64,000 bases of DNA from an uncultured Phycisphaerales bacterium (lineage in GTDB: Bacteria > Planctomycetota > Phycisphaerae > Sedimentisphaerales > Anaerobacaceae): contig OY970359.1 in NCBI GenBank assembly GCA_963718665.1, positions 864,001-928,000 of the forward strand, written 5' to 3'. Made by a program: the position numbers and the translations under genes. Each line of letters opens with the position of its first letter. Positions within the stretch are counted from its first letter, which is position 1. The notes beneath the pieces were generated by a model. It saw only the letters and a program-made list of their open reading frames with translations. It was not told the origin of the DNA and searched no databases. Positions 50,601 to 60,123 of this stretch are shown in pieces.

Positions 50601-50741
50601 AAAGCTGGGCCGGGCAGGATAACCGCTTATATTAAAGGAACGCCGAATAAACCAAAACTTGACCTGGGAAAAATGCTCCAGAATCAGGCCGTACAAACAG
50701 GCCTTGAACTCCTGATGGAAGGCGCCAAAAAGGGAAGATAA
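47700..50741 (+). CDS. AsmA-like membrane-anchored beta-rich periplasmic protein
   Basis: Single N-terminal TM; 1013 aa of repetitive beta-strand pattern; C-terminal IKGTPNKPKLD. Confidence 0.7.
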   Translation: MEHSETNITKKKTGKKILKITAGAVVILLLLVILLVAFIVPAYVSSESGRKLILSKANASGAGAIDFTKLSMSWLKGISVTNISFKNADRGLSVAVKGVSTRPDYGALLAGNLSFGETVIDEPKVEIDVDKMKQKTAETQKAAAKPAAKGKPETSAGVPIKKIDLVVKDGDVKIKDKRGEVEVSKINSKVALLGPGEKTTLALDASIAGQGAASTVNARGDLTPGKNWDLSKATANITADVNNLNLSQLESILAIAGVDVTARGTVSAHLKGALKNGVVENVGLDVQGSSLEITALQLKGDTIKTDALNVTVEIGQQGNLVNVNKMNIVTDWFRADVNGAAPMSLASVSEFMKQGSKNELKANLECNLPAVAGMLPKTLGLSSQTKLTGGKLVGSIQTVNETGGKMLAGQVSVEGLTGTMDGKPVSLSEPVQVQAKISAEGDNIKFEKISVSSSFATVNCDGNTETFNYDTQIDLAKAASELGQFTDLGKYKLAGQFSAKGQLTNNAKTTMLACSSKISNLRVNPTADITVSEPNAALDVTAAIDKQTNVLLVKQFKADTSLGQFSVQDGRLPMGADVKEPISLTASAKGLDLAKVQPYLVMTKAISKDVVLGGMVDSNITLSSKDGSYKVTTDSTKISNLLVKAPGKEAFTQNPVAIVLDAEVNPTTKTMAVNNAEIASPDIKIKASVQQKIEGQNSSIQGTAKLDYDWKAITGMLSPFMPADLKIEGKRQDSISFASKYPTNDPNQMLANLNAQAKVGFDKVSYMGLNVGTTNVDIKVDKGLLTIPKFTSTANNGQLNFGGSADFKKNPAIFRTPGQMQIVKDVQLNVEMANKLLSKVNPIFSGASNVTGVANFQCDRLAVPIIGGKPEDANIAGTISLMQVKMQSGLLAAIMTAIGGSDNMMTLHPTAFTVKDGFVNYTNMQMDLGSRPIYFSGSVPVDPNREIKSFSVTLPVTALGKTVSTGKKAGPGRITAYIKGTPNKPKLDLGKMLQNQAVQTGLELLMEGAKKGR

Positions 50742-50775
50742 CCGAATAGCTATTCAGGCCGGGAGGTAATAAAGT

Positions 50776-52101
50776 ATGTTCGATAAAATTTTATCCACCC
50801 CGACCGCACAGGTCGGCAGAGTCGGAAGATTTGTGATTTTCCAGATTAAGCTCTGGATTCATTGCTTTCGGCTGCTCAAAAAAAACCGTTCAGGACAGCA
50901 GGCGGCTGCGCTATCCTATTACACAATGTTCGGCATCGTCCCGCTGGCAGTCGTGATGCTGATGGTCGTCCAGTTTTTCCCGGCTTATCAGAACGCCGGC
51001 CAGAACATCAAGGAAGCGGTTTACTCGCAACTGCACCTTTCCACAATTGAGTACCCTGACCCCGCAAACCCTAATTCCAACATAAAACTAACCGATAATC
51101 TGGACGCAATCGTCGCCAAAGTTTTCACCGGCTTCAATCATGGAACAATCGCTGTTTTAGGCGCGGTCTTTATTATTTTTGCGGCGTTGATGATGCTGTC
51201 AACTATTGAGGGGGCGTTTGACCAGATTTGGGGCGTCGGCAGAAGCAGAAGCATTATCCACAGAATCGTCAACTACTGGACTCTGTTGACTGGCGGCCCC
51301 CTGCTGCTCGTTGCCGCGATATACGTCGCCACGAAATATGCCGCCATCAGCCAGATACAAAAAACCGTGCTCTCACATACCGCCCCCGCCGTAGTTTCAT
51401 ACTTCGCTTCAGCCGCGGGATTTTTCCTGCTCTACTTGCTGCTCCCCAACACCAAAGTCAAAGTCCGCGCCGCTATCTGGGGAGCAATTGTCGCGGCGAT
51501 TGTCTGGACACTGGCCAAATGGGGATTCAAACTCTACGTGGTAAAATTCATTCCATACAATCAGATTTATGGAGCATTGGGACTAATACCACTGGGCGTA
51601 TTCTGGATTTATCTTAGCTGGTTCATTGTCCTCTTCGGCCTTCAGCTCACCTACACCACTCAGCACCTCAACACCCTCGATGCCGCTGAAATAGCCGCCG
51701 CCAGGAAACAGGAAGAATACTTTATCGCTAACGACCTGACCATAATGAATATGGTAGGCGAAATTGCCTCCGCCTTTAAGGCCGGCGACGGCGCGGTCGA
51801 AGCGGGGACAATTTCCGCCAAACTTAATATGCCGCCCGAATTCGCGGAAAAAGTCCTGTCGCATTTAGCGGCAAGGGGTATTCTGGCAAGGGTATCCGAA
51901 CCAAAGGACGGCTTCCTGCCCGCCAAATCCCCCGATGATATGAAACTTTCCGAAATCGCCGCCGCCATTTCGCTGGCAGGTTTCGGTCAGTCAGCCGATG
52001 CGCCCGCTGGTCTGCGTAAGGTCGCCCAGTCGCAGCAGGAAATGTTCTCGAAGTTTAATGTTACGCAGCTTATTGGCGGCAAAAACGACCAGATCGGTTA
52101 G
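50776..52101 (+). CDS. YihY/BrkB-family membrane protein with a C-terminal Rrf2-like wHTH
   Basis: AAALSYYTMFGIVP, IEGAFDQIWG, YLLLPN, IYGAL..IPL..FWIYLSW.IVLFG. Confidence 0.88.
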   Translation: MFDKILSTPTAQVGRVGRFVIFQIKLWIHCFRLLKKNRSGQQAAALSYYTMFGIVPLAVVMLMVVQFFPAYQNAGQNIKEAVYSQLHLSTIEYPDPANPNSNIKLTDNLDAIVAKVFTGFNHGTIAVLGAVFIIFAALMMLSTIEGAFDQIWGVGRSRSIIHRIVNYWTLLTGGPLLLVAAIYVATKYAAISQIQKTVLSHTAPAVVSYFASAAGFFLLYLLLPNTKVKVRAAIWGAIVAAIVWTLAKWGFKLYVVKFIPYNQIYGALGLIPLGVFWIYLSWFIVLFGLQLTYTTQHLNTLDAAEIAAARKQEEYFIANDLTIMNMVGEIASAFKAGDGAVEAGTISAKLNMPPEFAEKVLSHLAARGILARVSEPKDGFLPAKSPDDMKLSEIAAAISLAGFGQSADAPAGLRKVAQSQQEMFSKFNVTQLIGGKNDQIG

Positions 52102-52263
52102 GCAAAGAACAAAAAAACAGTCGGTGTGCCATACACCTGTCACACACCTAAAGATTACTATTGACTCTCATCCTTAATGCCTTGTAGTGTCTCACATTGA
52201 CGAGCGGACCTGATAGTGGTCTGAAAAACAGGCAAATCTCTTTTGTATGGATGGGAGAATTAT

Positions 52264-53685
52264 ATGAAAACGGCAAATCATGGCTTTAAAAATCCTTTTG
52301 CGTGGCTTCGGGCGATATGTTGCTTTTCGCTTCTGTTTGTTCTTGTCGGCTGCGGCGAAAGTACTCTTCCGCTTGCCAATTGGCTCGAAAAAAACGCTTT
52401 GAAAAACGGGACCATTTCAGCAGGTGCTGTCCGGATAACGAACTATAGCGACCCCTGCCTTGTGGCCTCCAGGCAACGACTGACGGATACCTTGTATGTG
52501 ATGGAAGCAAATATGACTGATGCAAACATAATGCCGCAGTCCTATATGTCAAATGAAAGCTCTTTCAAGCTTGGTCTGGTCCTAGGCTGGGCTAAAACGG
52601 AGGTTAATTCATTATCGTTACCAGACCTGAACGGAACGAATGACTTATTTCAAGCTATGACTAACGTTCAACCTAAGCCCACCGAGATAGAAATGGTCGG
52701 ACTAAGAATGGCAGCACGGAAATTTGTCGAGTCCGAGATAGAAGACCTTAACCTGATGAGCGTTTATCCGGTTGACTGCAACTATTATAAGCGGTACGTA
52801 ATCTCTCTCGACTGCACGGCGTGGGTATGTGGTAAAGCAAAAGCCGCCCTGGTTCTGATAGATTTATACCCTTACAATGCTGATATCTGGTGTCACGAAG
52901 AAGCCAATAACGTGTATTCTTTGAATAGTGACATTAACATGTGGAATAGCAATGGCGAGATAAAATGGGATGCAACCAACATAAAATGGAATGGTAAGTT
53001 ATCAATATTAGGAAGAGGATTCGATGGAAACTCTCTTAAGCATCTGACTCCTCCGATACTACTGCATAAAGCTGATAAAGACGCGATATCGAACTACATA
53101 GCTCGGTTACATGAGTGGCTCGCAGACAGCAAACTATGTCCGCGTATTGTTCTGGTTGAACGAATGGAGGAGGGCGAGTATTTAATTTCTACTCAGGGAG
53201 AATACTCGGGATACGGATTTCGCGGAGGCGGCGCTCTTCCGTTAGGAATGTCAGCCAGTGTGGAAGCTGAAGCCGAGAAGAAAAATGCGGTCAAAAATGC
53301 AACGGTTCAGCCATGTGATCTGGCTTTTGTAGCCGGCAATTCTCGAGCCGGCTGGCTGTTCAGACCCAGCACAAGGGAACAAAACAGTATGTCTCCCAAA
53401 GAGCGGCGGTTAAGAATGGTTGTGGATATTCCCAAAGGTATGACGAAAGTAGGTATCTATGTCCACAAACTTTTCCTGGATTCTGACCTTCAGGTTATTC
53501 CCAGCACGGATTTTTTGAACGAGGTAGCCAACCATTGGCTAAATCAATGGGCACTATTCCAGTCAGATTCACTATATGAAACACTAATGGAAAACGATCC
53601 GGCGCTTTACGGACTCATAAAAACACGCATTCGGAACTTGCTATCCCAGGGCTGGTCGGAAGAAATTGTTGCTGATATCCCTTAA
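52264..53685 (+). CDS. Hypothetical lipoprotein
   Basis: GGAG RBS; signal ending in LVGC; no family recognised. Confidence 0.65.
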   Translation: MKTANHGFKNPFAWLRAICCFSLLFVLVGCGESTLPLANWLEKNALKNGTISAGAVRITNYSDPCLVASRQRLTDTLYVMEANMTDANIMPQSYMSNESSFKLGLVLGWAKTEVNSLSLPDLNGTNDLFQAMTNVQPKPTEIEMVGLRMAARKFVESEIEDLNLMSVYPVDCNYYKRYVISLDCTAWVCGKAKAALVLIDLYPYNADIWCHEEANNVYSLNSDINMWNSNGEIKWDATNIKWNGKLSILGRGFDGNSLKHLTPPILLHKADKDAISNYIARLHEWLADSKLCPRIVLVERMEEGEYLISTQGEYSGYGFRGGGALPLGMSASVEAEAEKKNAVKNATVQPCDLAFVAGNSRAGWLFRPSTREQNSMSPKERRLRMVVDIPKGMTKVGIYVHKLFLDSDLQVIPSTDFLNEVANHWLNQWALFQSDSLYETLMENDPALYGLIKTRIRNLLSQGWSEEIVADIP

Positions 53686-54308
53686 TTGATACCAAGCAAA
53701 CAGACGGCCTTGTAAAGAAAAAATAAACCGAAGAGCAGCATCGCGCCGGCACAGACCTGCATAACCCGCTGCTGAACCTTCGGCCCCAACAGCGTCGTGC
53801 CGTGAAAACTCGCGAAAGACAACGCCGTAACCCACATAAAATCGACTAACCAGTGAACCACCGCAAATAAAACAAAAGCATGAAGACCTAATTTGGTTGC
53901 GCTGGTCGCCAGCCCCAGCCCCACCGTCGCCCACCATAACAGAAAGTATGGATTAGATATGGTAAAGATTATGCCAGCCCAAACCGGCTTATCTTTCCTC
54001 GCCACCGACGCAGTGTTTACAGGATGCGAAGCCGTTTTGAACATCCCGTATGCCATATAAAGCAAAATAAGACCGCCCATAATACCAATAACGATTTGCG
54101 CTGATGTTTTCTGAAAAATAGTCCCCAGCCCCAGGATAATCAGAACCATCAGAGGAAATTCGACGATACCGTGGCCCACTGCCAGCAATGACCCCGCCCA
54201 TCGGTTGCGTGTCCCCATCGTAATCGCCGTCGCCGTAACAGGCCCCGGCTGCATCGCACCAGATATCGATATGATAAACACCTGAATTAAAAACAAAACC
54301 AGTGTCAT
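53682..54308 (-). CDS. LysE-family translocator
   Basis: SGAMQPGP, GHGIVE, SNPYFLLWW; hydrophobic throughout. Confidence 0.88.
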   Translation of the reverse strand: MTLVLFLIQVFIISISGAMQPGPVTATAITMGTRNRWAGSLLAVGHGIVEFPLMVLIILGLGTIFQKTSAQIVIGIMGGLILLYMAYGMFKTASHPVNTASVARKDKPVWAGIIFTISNPYFLLWWATVGLGLATSATKLGLHAFVLFAVVHWLVDFMWVTALSFASFHGTTLLGPKVQQRVMQVCAGAMLLFGLFFLYKAVCLLGIN

Positions 54309-54459
54309 CTGTTATTTTGTTCTCGTTTTTTTGTGATGCGCTTTGCGCACCATTTTATAGGATTTCTTGTTTTGAATTTGTTTTTTTGGTCATTTGAATT
54401 TGTTTCGTATTTAGAGTTTAGGATTTCGAATTTCGGTTGCGGCCAAAGGCCGCCAACCG

Positions 54460-54875
54460 TTACTCCCCAATAATTTTAACCAGCACACGTTTTTTCCGTT
54501 TGCCGTCGAACTCGCCGTAAAATATCTGCTCCCAGGGACCGAAGTCCAGCGAGCCCTCGGTAATCGCGACGACAACCTCTCTGCCCATAATCGTCCGCTT
54601 CAAATGCGCATCGGCATTGTCCTCGTAGCCGTTATGGTGATACTGTGAATACGGCTTTTCCGGCGAAGTTTTTCCAGCCACGTCTCGAAATCCTGATGCA
54701 GCCCCGGCTCATCATCATTGATAAAAACCGACGCCGTAATGTGCATCGCGTTAACTAAGCACATACCTTCCTTGACGCCGGATTCAGCGACGCACTGCTC
54801 AATTTCGCCGGTGATATTAATAAAGTCCCTGCGATGAGGCGTATTGAACCAAAGCTCTTTTCGGTAACTTTTCAT
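54460..54875 (-). pseudogene. yjbQ: YjbQ/UPF0047 protein with a -1 frameshift near 54666, possibly a sequencing indel
   Basis: [21 protein letters not shown] in one frame and [15 protein letters not shown]...[13 protein letters not shown] in another; span is 416 nt, one short of a full codon count. Confidence 0.85.
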
Positions 54876-54948
54876 AAGTCCGTAACTCCTTATAACAATT
54901 GACCTTGAAGACATTTTAGCAACTTTTTGTTTCCGGGCAAATATTATC

Positions 54949-54977
54949 TTGACAATGGGTATAGGTATATATAAACT
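54949..54977 (+). promoter_or_regulatory. Putative sigma70 promoter of the CHAP gene
   Basis: TTGACA-17nt-TAAACT. Confidence 0.55.
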
Positions 54978-55046
54978 GATTAAAGCAACAGAAGAGACAC
55001 CCTTGCAAGAGGAGAAACATCAGGTCTTATTTGGATGGGATGAAAA

Positions 55047-58000
55047 ATGACTAAAACACACCTAATCGCATTCATGGCAATTGTATTTTTGAGTTTCGCC
55101 TCGTTTGGACAAGCGGCGACGCAGCCATGGGGTACGGCATTAGGTTCATTTAATGGTGTTACGAATTACTCGAACGGCATATGGACCTATGATAGTGGAA
55201 TCCATAATACGAGCACAGGTATCAATACAGGCTTGGAGTGGCAATGTGTGGAGTATGTCCAGCGATATTACTACATGCAGTACGGGATGGATCTCCTTAG
55301 TTTGAGTGGCGGATTGAATGCTTGGCAGTTCTTCGGTAATGCAGCAAATATGCACTTAACGGCCTATACCAACGGTAGTACAACGGCTCCGCAGATCGGT
55401 GACATCCTCTGCTTTAATCAGACGAGCTTATCAGGCCTCGGTCATGTCGCAATCATTCGCAGCGTTGATCAGGCAAATTCAGTAGTACATGTAATTCAGC
55501 AGAATGTAAAGAACGGTGATTCGAGTCCCAACGGATACGGAACAGATGTTGATTGGAAGTTTGCATACAGTGTGAGCGGTGGGACATACACCGTTGATGT
55601 TACTCTTGGCAATGTTGGAGGCTCTCGCCTTGGATCTGATTACTACTGCCAGGGATGGCTACGGAACGTTGTGGTAACGCGTCTACCTGCCCCGACGCTG
55701 AGTACCCCGGCCAACGGTGCGACGAACGTTTCCACCACAACAGCTTTCTCATGGTTGAACGTGAGCGGGAACTACGGGTATCGGATCATCGTCTCGACAA
55801 ACGCCGCAGACTTGACGACGGACCCCACGGCAACCGGCGGTAATCCAACCAACGGTTTCAACATGGACCTGACCACCTACGACCAGACCACTTATACCCC
55901 GACCAGTGCGCTCAGCGCCGGCACGACATACTACTGGGAAGTTCATGCCAAAGCCGGCAGTTTGGACCAAGCTGGCTACTGGAGCCAGGGTAACTTCACC
56001 ACGGCAGCGGCGGCAGCGACACGTATCATCAGTTTAAGTAATAATCTTACCTTTGGCAATGTGACGGTAGGTTCAACACCGCAGAGCAGTTTTACCATCT
56101 ACAACACTGGAAACTCGACACTGACGGTGAGCAGCATCAGCTATCCGAGCGGGTTTAGCGGCAACTGGTCAGGCACGATTGCGGCAGGCGGTTCGCAAGG
56201 CATGACCGTAACATTCTCACCAACTTCGGCGATTAGTTATGGCGGCACAGTGACGGTCAATTCGGATGCGACCAGCGGGACGAACACCATTACCGCGTCG
56301 GGCACCGGCACGGCCTCACCGACACGCATCATTTCCCTAAGTGGCAATCTTGCCTTCGGCAGTGTGACGGTAGGTTCATCGCCGCAAAGCACTTTGACGG
56401 TCAACAACACCGGCAACTCGACACTGACGGTAAGCAGCATCAGCTATCCGAGCGGATTTAGCGGCAACTGGTCAGGCACGATTGTGGCAGGCGGTTCGCA
56501 AGGCGTGACTGTGACGTTCTCCCCAACTTCGGCGACCAGCTATGGCGGCACAGTAACGGTCAATTCAGATGAGACCAGCGGGACGAACACCATCACCGCT
56601 TCCGGCACAGGCACGGCGGCGGCAACTCGCATCATTTCGCTGAGCGGCATCATGGCGTTTGGTAGCCTTGCTGTTGGATCGAGCGAGGGTGCTCTCCTGA
56701 CGATATACAACAACGGCAATTCAACGATGACGGTGAGCGGAATCAGCTATCCAAGTGGATTCAGCGGAAGCTGGTCGGGAACGATTGCGGCAGGCGGTTC
56801 GCAAGGCGTGACCGTAACATTCTCACCAACTTCGGCGATTAGTTATGGCGGCACAGTAACGGTCAATTCGGATGCGACCAGCGGGACGAATACCATCAGC
56901 GTTTCTGGCACAGGCGCGGCGGTAGACACGACGCCTGATCCGTTTACATTTGCGGCCCAGACCGGAGTGACATTGAGCACAACGGCTACGTCGAACACGA
57001 TTACAGTGAGCGGGATCAATGCAGCCGCGTCTATAACAATAACCGGGGGAACTTATTCGATAAACAGCGGAGTATACACGAGTGCAGCGGGAATGGTAAA
57101 TAACGGCGATACGGTGGCTGTCAGGCAGACATCCTCAGGCAGCTATTCGAGTACCACCAACGCAACATTGACAATAGGGGGAGTGAGCGGCACGTTCAGC
57201 GTAACAACACAGAGTGCGCCCGCGGATACGACGCCTGATCCGTTTACATTTGCGGCCCAGACCGGAGTGGCATTGAGCACAACGGCTACGTCGAACACAA
57301 TTACAGTGAGCGGGATCAATGCAGCCGCGTCTATAACAATAACCGGGGGCACCTACTCGATAAACAGCGGGTCATACACGAGTGCAGCGGGAACGGTAAA
57401 TAACGGCAATACGGTGACTGTCAGACAGACATCCTCAGGCAGCTATTCGAGTACCACCAACGCAACATTGACAATAGGGGGAGTGAGCGGCACGTTCAGC
57501 GTGACAACGCAGAGTACGTCCGTGGACACCACGCCGCCCACAGTAAGCCTAACTGCTCCCAACAGCGGGACGTTCTCGTTGGGAAGCCAGATGACGATTT
57601 CAGCGACCGCCAGCGACGCCAGCGGCATCAGTTATTGCTGCTATGCCCTGGTCAAGGGCGGCACGGTGCTTGGTATCATCTATCAGGACAGCGTCGGCGG
57701 CGGAATGGTCAATTCATACAACTGGACCGTTCCGGCAACGTTCAACGGCTACACGATCAATGGCACGGACTACCAGATTTTCGTGGAGGCATGGGACGCC
57801 TCGTCGAACCAAAATCATAACGGGGCTGTGTCCAGCGGATACCTCACGCTCCAGCCGGCGGCAATCCCCGCGCCTTCAATCAGCAGTGTGTCGCCACCTT
57901 CAATGCCGCCGTTGAACGCCAACCAGACGCTCACCATCTACGGCAATAATTTCCAGAGCGGAGCCACACTCACCTTTGTTCCGCCGGAAGGCGGCACCAT

Positions 58001-59231
58001 TGCCAGCACCGCCAGCAAACTTACTTTCGTTTCGAGCAGCCAGATAAGCTACCAAATCAATAACCTCAGCGATTCCGGCTCTTGGACCGTGAAGGTGAAC
58101 AACCCGGATGGCCAGTCATCCGGCACGGCGATCTTTACGGTCACCGCAGGGGTGCTGCCGCCACCGACCTGTAAATTCGGAAGCTTTGATGGACAGAATA
58201 ATGTTAAACTGACGTTAAAGGATTGCAGCAATAACGATGTGACGTTTGGTTTGACGGGCGGCGGTTATGGCGAGATAAATTGCGATGATTGCTCCTTCTC
58301 AACAATCACACTGTTCAATACTACCGATAAATCGACGCTGACGATTTCAACCAAAGGCAATGTTGGAACAAGCGTAGGCGATATAAGTTGCTCTGGGCCG
58401 CTGAAAGGAATTTCAGCTACAAATATCGAACTGGACGGCAGCATTACAATCGGCTCATCCTCAAATCCCAAGGCATCTGTAATAATGGTGTTTGACCAAG
58501 CCAATAACCTGACCATAAACAGTCAAATGCCAATACAGTCGATTTCCGCAACCGAATGGTTCGGCGGCTCAATTGACGCGCCATCTATCGGCAGTATTAC
58601 GACCAAGGGCGATAAAAAACGAAGTATAACAGGCGATTTGGATGTTGATGTAACAAGCGGAACTATCCAGAGCATCAAAACTGCCGGCACATTATCAGGC
58701 GATTGGACGTGCGATTCTATCAAGAGTATCTCCGCTACAGATATTGTCGAAACCAATCTGACATTAAATCAGCAGCCGGACGCAAAGACACTCGCTCTCG
58801 GCAGTTTAATCGCTAAGGGCGAGATAAATTCCAGTCAAATACTATCGCAAGGTAATGTCGGAACAGTTACCGCCGGGGCCATGATCGATTCAAACTGTTT
58901 TGCGGGGGTTGCGGAAGGTATTACTGGTTTGCCCGCAGCCGAGACAGCCAGTTTTTCTAAAACGGCTACAATCAAGAGCATAGCGATTAAAGGCATCAAG
59001 ACAGAGTCATCGCCGTATTATATTAACAGCAATATCGCCGCTGCGAATATTCTAAGTGCTTCCATTGTTTATCCGCAGAGCGACAATGGCGGTGTGCCTT
59101 TCGGCTTGTCTGCTGATAATATTAATAAGCTGACCATCAAAAAGACGGATGGCACCACTACTTCGCTAAAAAACCTTGGCAAATCGACGGATTCACAGAC
59201 GATAGACGGTGTTGAAATCCGCCTTTATTAG
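55047..59231 (+). CDS. Large secreted protein: CHAP domain followed by FN3/Ig-like repeats
   Basis: Signal peptide; WQCVEY...GDILCF..GHVAII...IQQN (CHAP Cys/His). Three ASH/choice-of-anchor-D-like repeats (303-nt period from about 56020), two 100-aa repeats (300-nt period from 56925), Big-like and IPT-like domains. Confidence 0.85.
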   Translation: MTKTHLIAFMAIVFLSFASFGQAATQPWGTALGSFNGVTNYSNGIWTYDSGIHNTSTGINTGLEWQCVEYVQRYYYMQYGMDLLSLSGGLNAWQFFGNAANMHLTAYTNGSTTAPQIGDILCFNQTSLSGLGHVAIIRSVDQANSVVHVIQQNVKNGDSSPNGYGTDVDWKFAYSVSGGTYTVDVTLGNVGGSRLGSDYYCQGWLRNVVVTRLPAPTLSTPANGATNVSTTTAFSWLNVSGNYGYRIIVSTNAADLTTDPTATGGNPTNGFNMDLTTYDQTTYTPTSALSAGTTYYWEVHAKAGSLDQAGYWSQGNFTTAAAAATRIISLSNNLTFGNVTVGSTPQSSFTIYNTGNSTLTVSSISYPSGFSGNWSGTIAAGGSQGMTVTFSPTSAISYGGTVTVNSDATSGTNTITASGTGTASPTRIISLSGNLAFGSVTVGSSPQSTLTVNNTGNSTLTVSSISYPSGFSGNWSGTIVAGGSQGVTVTFSPTSATSYGGTVTVNSDETSGTNTITASGTGTAAATRIISLSGIMAFGSLAVGSSEGALLTIYNNGNSTMTVSGISYPSGFSGSWSGTIAAGGSQGVTVTFSPTSAISYGGTVTVNSDATSGTNTISVSGTGAAVDTTPDPFTFAAQTGVTLSTTATSNTITVSGINAAASITITGGTYSINSGVYTSAAGMVNNGDTVAVRQTSSGSYSSTTNATLTIGGVSGTFSVTTQSAPADTTPDPFTFAAQTGVALSTTATSNTITVSGINAAASITITGGTYSINSGSYTSAAGTVNNGNTVTVRQTSSGSYSSTTNATLTIGGVSGTFSVTTQSTSVDTTPPTVSLTAPNSGTFSLGSQMTISATASDASGISYCCYALVKGGTVLGIIYQDSVGGGMVNSYNWTVPATFNGYTINGTDYQIFVEAWDASSNQNHNGAVSSGYLTLQPAAIPAPSISSVSPPSMPPLNANQTLTIYGNNFQSGATLTFVPPEGGTIASTASKLTFVSSSQISYQINNLSDSGSWTVKVNNPDGQSSGTAIFTVTAGVLPPPTCKFGSFDGQNNVKLTLKDCSNNDVTFGLTGGGYGEINCDDCSFSTITLFNTTDKSTLTISTKGNVGTSVGDISCSGPLKGISATNIELDGSITIGSSSNPKASVIMVFDQANNLTINSQMPIQSISATEWFGGSIDAPSIGSITTKGDKKRSITGDLDVDVTSGTIQSIKTAGTLSGDWTCDSIKSISATDIVETNLTLNQQPDAKTLALGSLIAKGEINSSQILSQGNVGTVTAGAMIDSNCFAGVAEGITGLPAAETASFSKTATIKSIAIKGIKTESSPYYINSNIAAANILSASIVYPQSDNGGVPFGLSADNINKLTIKKTDGTTTSLKNLGKSTDSQTIDGVEIRLY

Positions 59232-59484
59232 TAGCACGCAAATATTTTTGAAGACCTGCGTCGGCGGGGGTTTGTAAATACCCACGCCGACTTACTCCCA
59301 TTTCTCGACCAATCTGTAAATTCAATTGACCTGAACGGCCTAATCTGTCCGCCGAAGGCGAGACCTCGCCCGCCGCTATGCGGCGAGGCGGGTGTTAATC
59401 CGTGATTGTAAATTAGATTGACCAAAGGCATAAAATCGGTGATTATATTCCCGGGGTTTAACGACCTCACTTGTTGCGGAGGGG

Positions 59485-60123
59485 TTGTTAGAGCAACAAG
59501 ATTGTCTAATAAGGGCCAAACGAGTGGCATATAGTCAGCAGATAAACATAGAAGACGTAGTTTTAGTGCAACAATGGCGTAAGGGCGATGCCGCCGCCAT
59601 CGAGAAACTCGTCTGCAAATACCAGGGCCGAATCTATAACCTCATCCTGAAAATCTGTTCAAATCCCGACGATGCCGCGGAACTAATGCAGGATACGATT
59701 GTCAAATTATTAGAGAACATTGATAAGTTTGAGAGCCGAAGTGCGTTTTACACATGGGCGTTCAGAATCGCGGTCAACCTGACGCTGAACTACCGCAAAA
59801 GAAAGGCAACCGTCGGGTTTACTTCGCTGGATGCGGAAACGGCTTCGGACAATGAGCAGGCCAGGCAGGGTCTGGCAGCGATTTTATCGGACGATAAGTC
59901 ACCTGACCCCGCCCAGGTCGCTGAAAACAAGGAATTGTGCGACCTGATACAAAAAGGTATCGGTAAGCTTGATGACGAACACAGGACAATTATTGTGTTG
60001 CGGGATATTGAAGGAATGGATTACGAGCAAATCGCGGAAGTGCTGGGCACAGAGTTGGGCACGGTTAAAAGCCGGCTCAGCCGGGCCCGCGCCGCGTTGA
60101 GGCAGATTCTGGGGGCCTTATGA
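59485..60123 (+). CDS. ECF RNA polymerase sigma factor (start may be GTG 59524)
   Basis: DDAAELMQD, FYTWAFRIAVN, LRDIEGMDYEQIAEVL..GTVKSRLSRAR. Confidence 0.93.
   Translation: MLEQQDCLIRAKRVAYSQQINIEDVVLVQQWRKGDAAAIEKLVCKYQGRIYNLILKICSNPDDAAELMQDTIVKLLENIDKFESRSAFYTWAFRIAVNLTLNYRKRKATVGFTSLDAETASDNEQARQGLAAILSDDKSPDPAQVAENKELCDLIQKGIGKLDDEHRTIIVLRDIEGMDYEQIAEVLGTELGTVKSRLSRARAALRQILGAL

Noticed and set aside
54883..54907. Fifth 9-7-9 site (TAACTCCTT-N7-TTGACCTTG)
   Set aside because: The right arm is poor and the left arm coincides with the yjbQ ribosome-binding site.
56020..57524. DGR template/variable repeat pair (also considered for the Spy-like duplication at 18290-18745)
   Set aside because: The repeats are in-frame domain duplications, their differences are not adenine-specific, and no reverse transcriptase is present.
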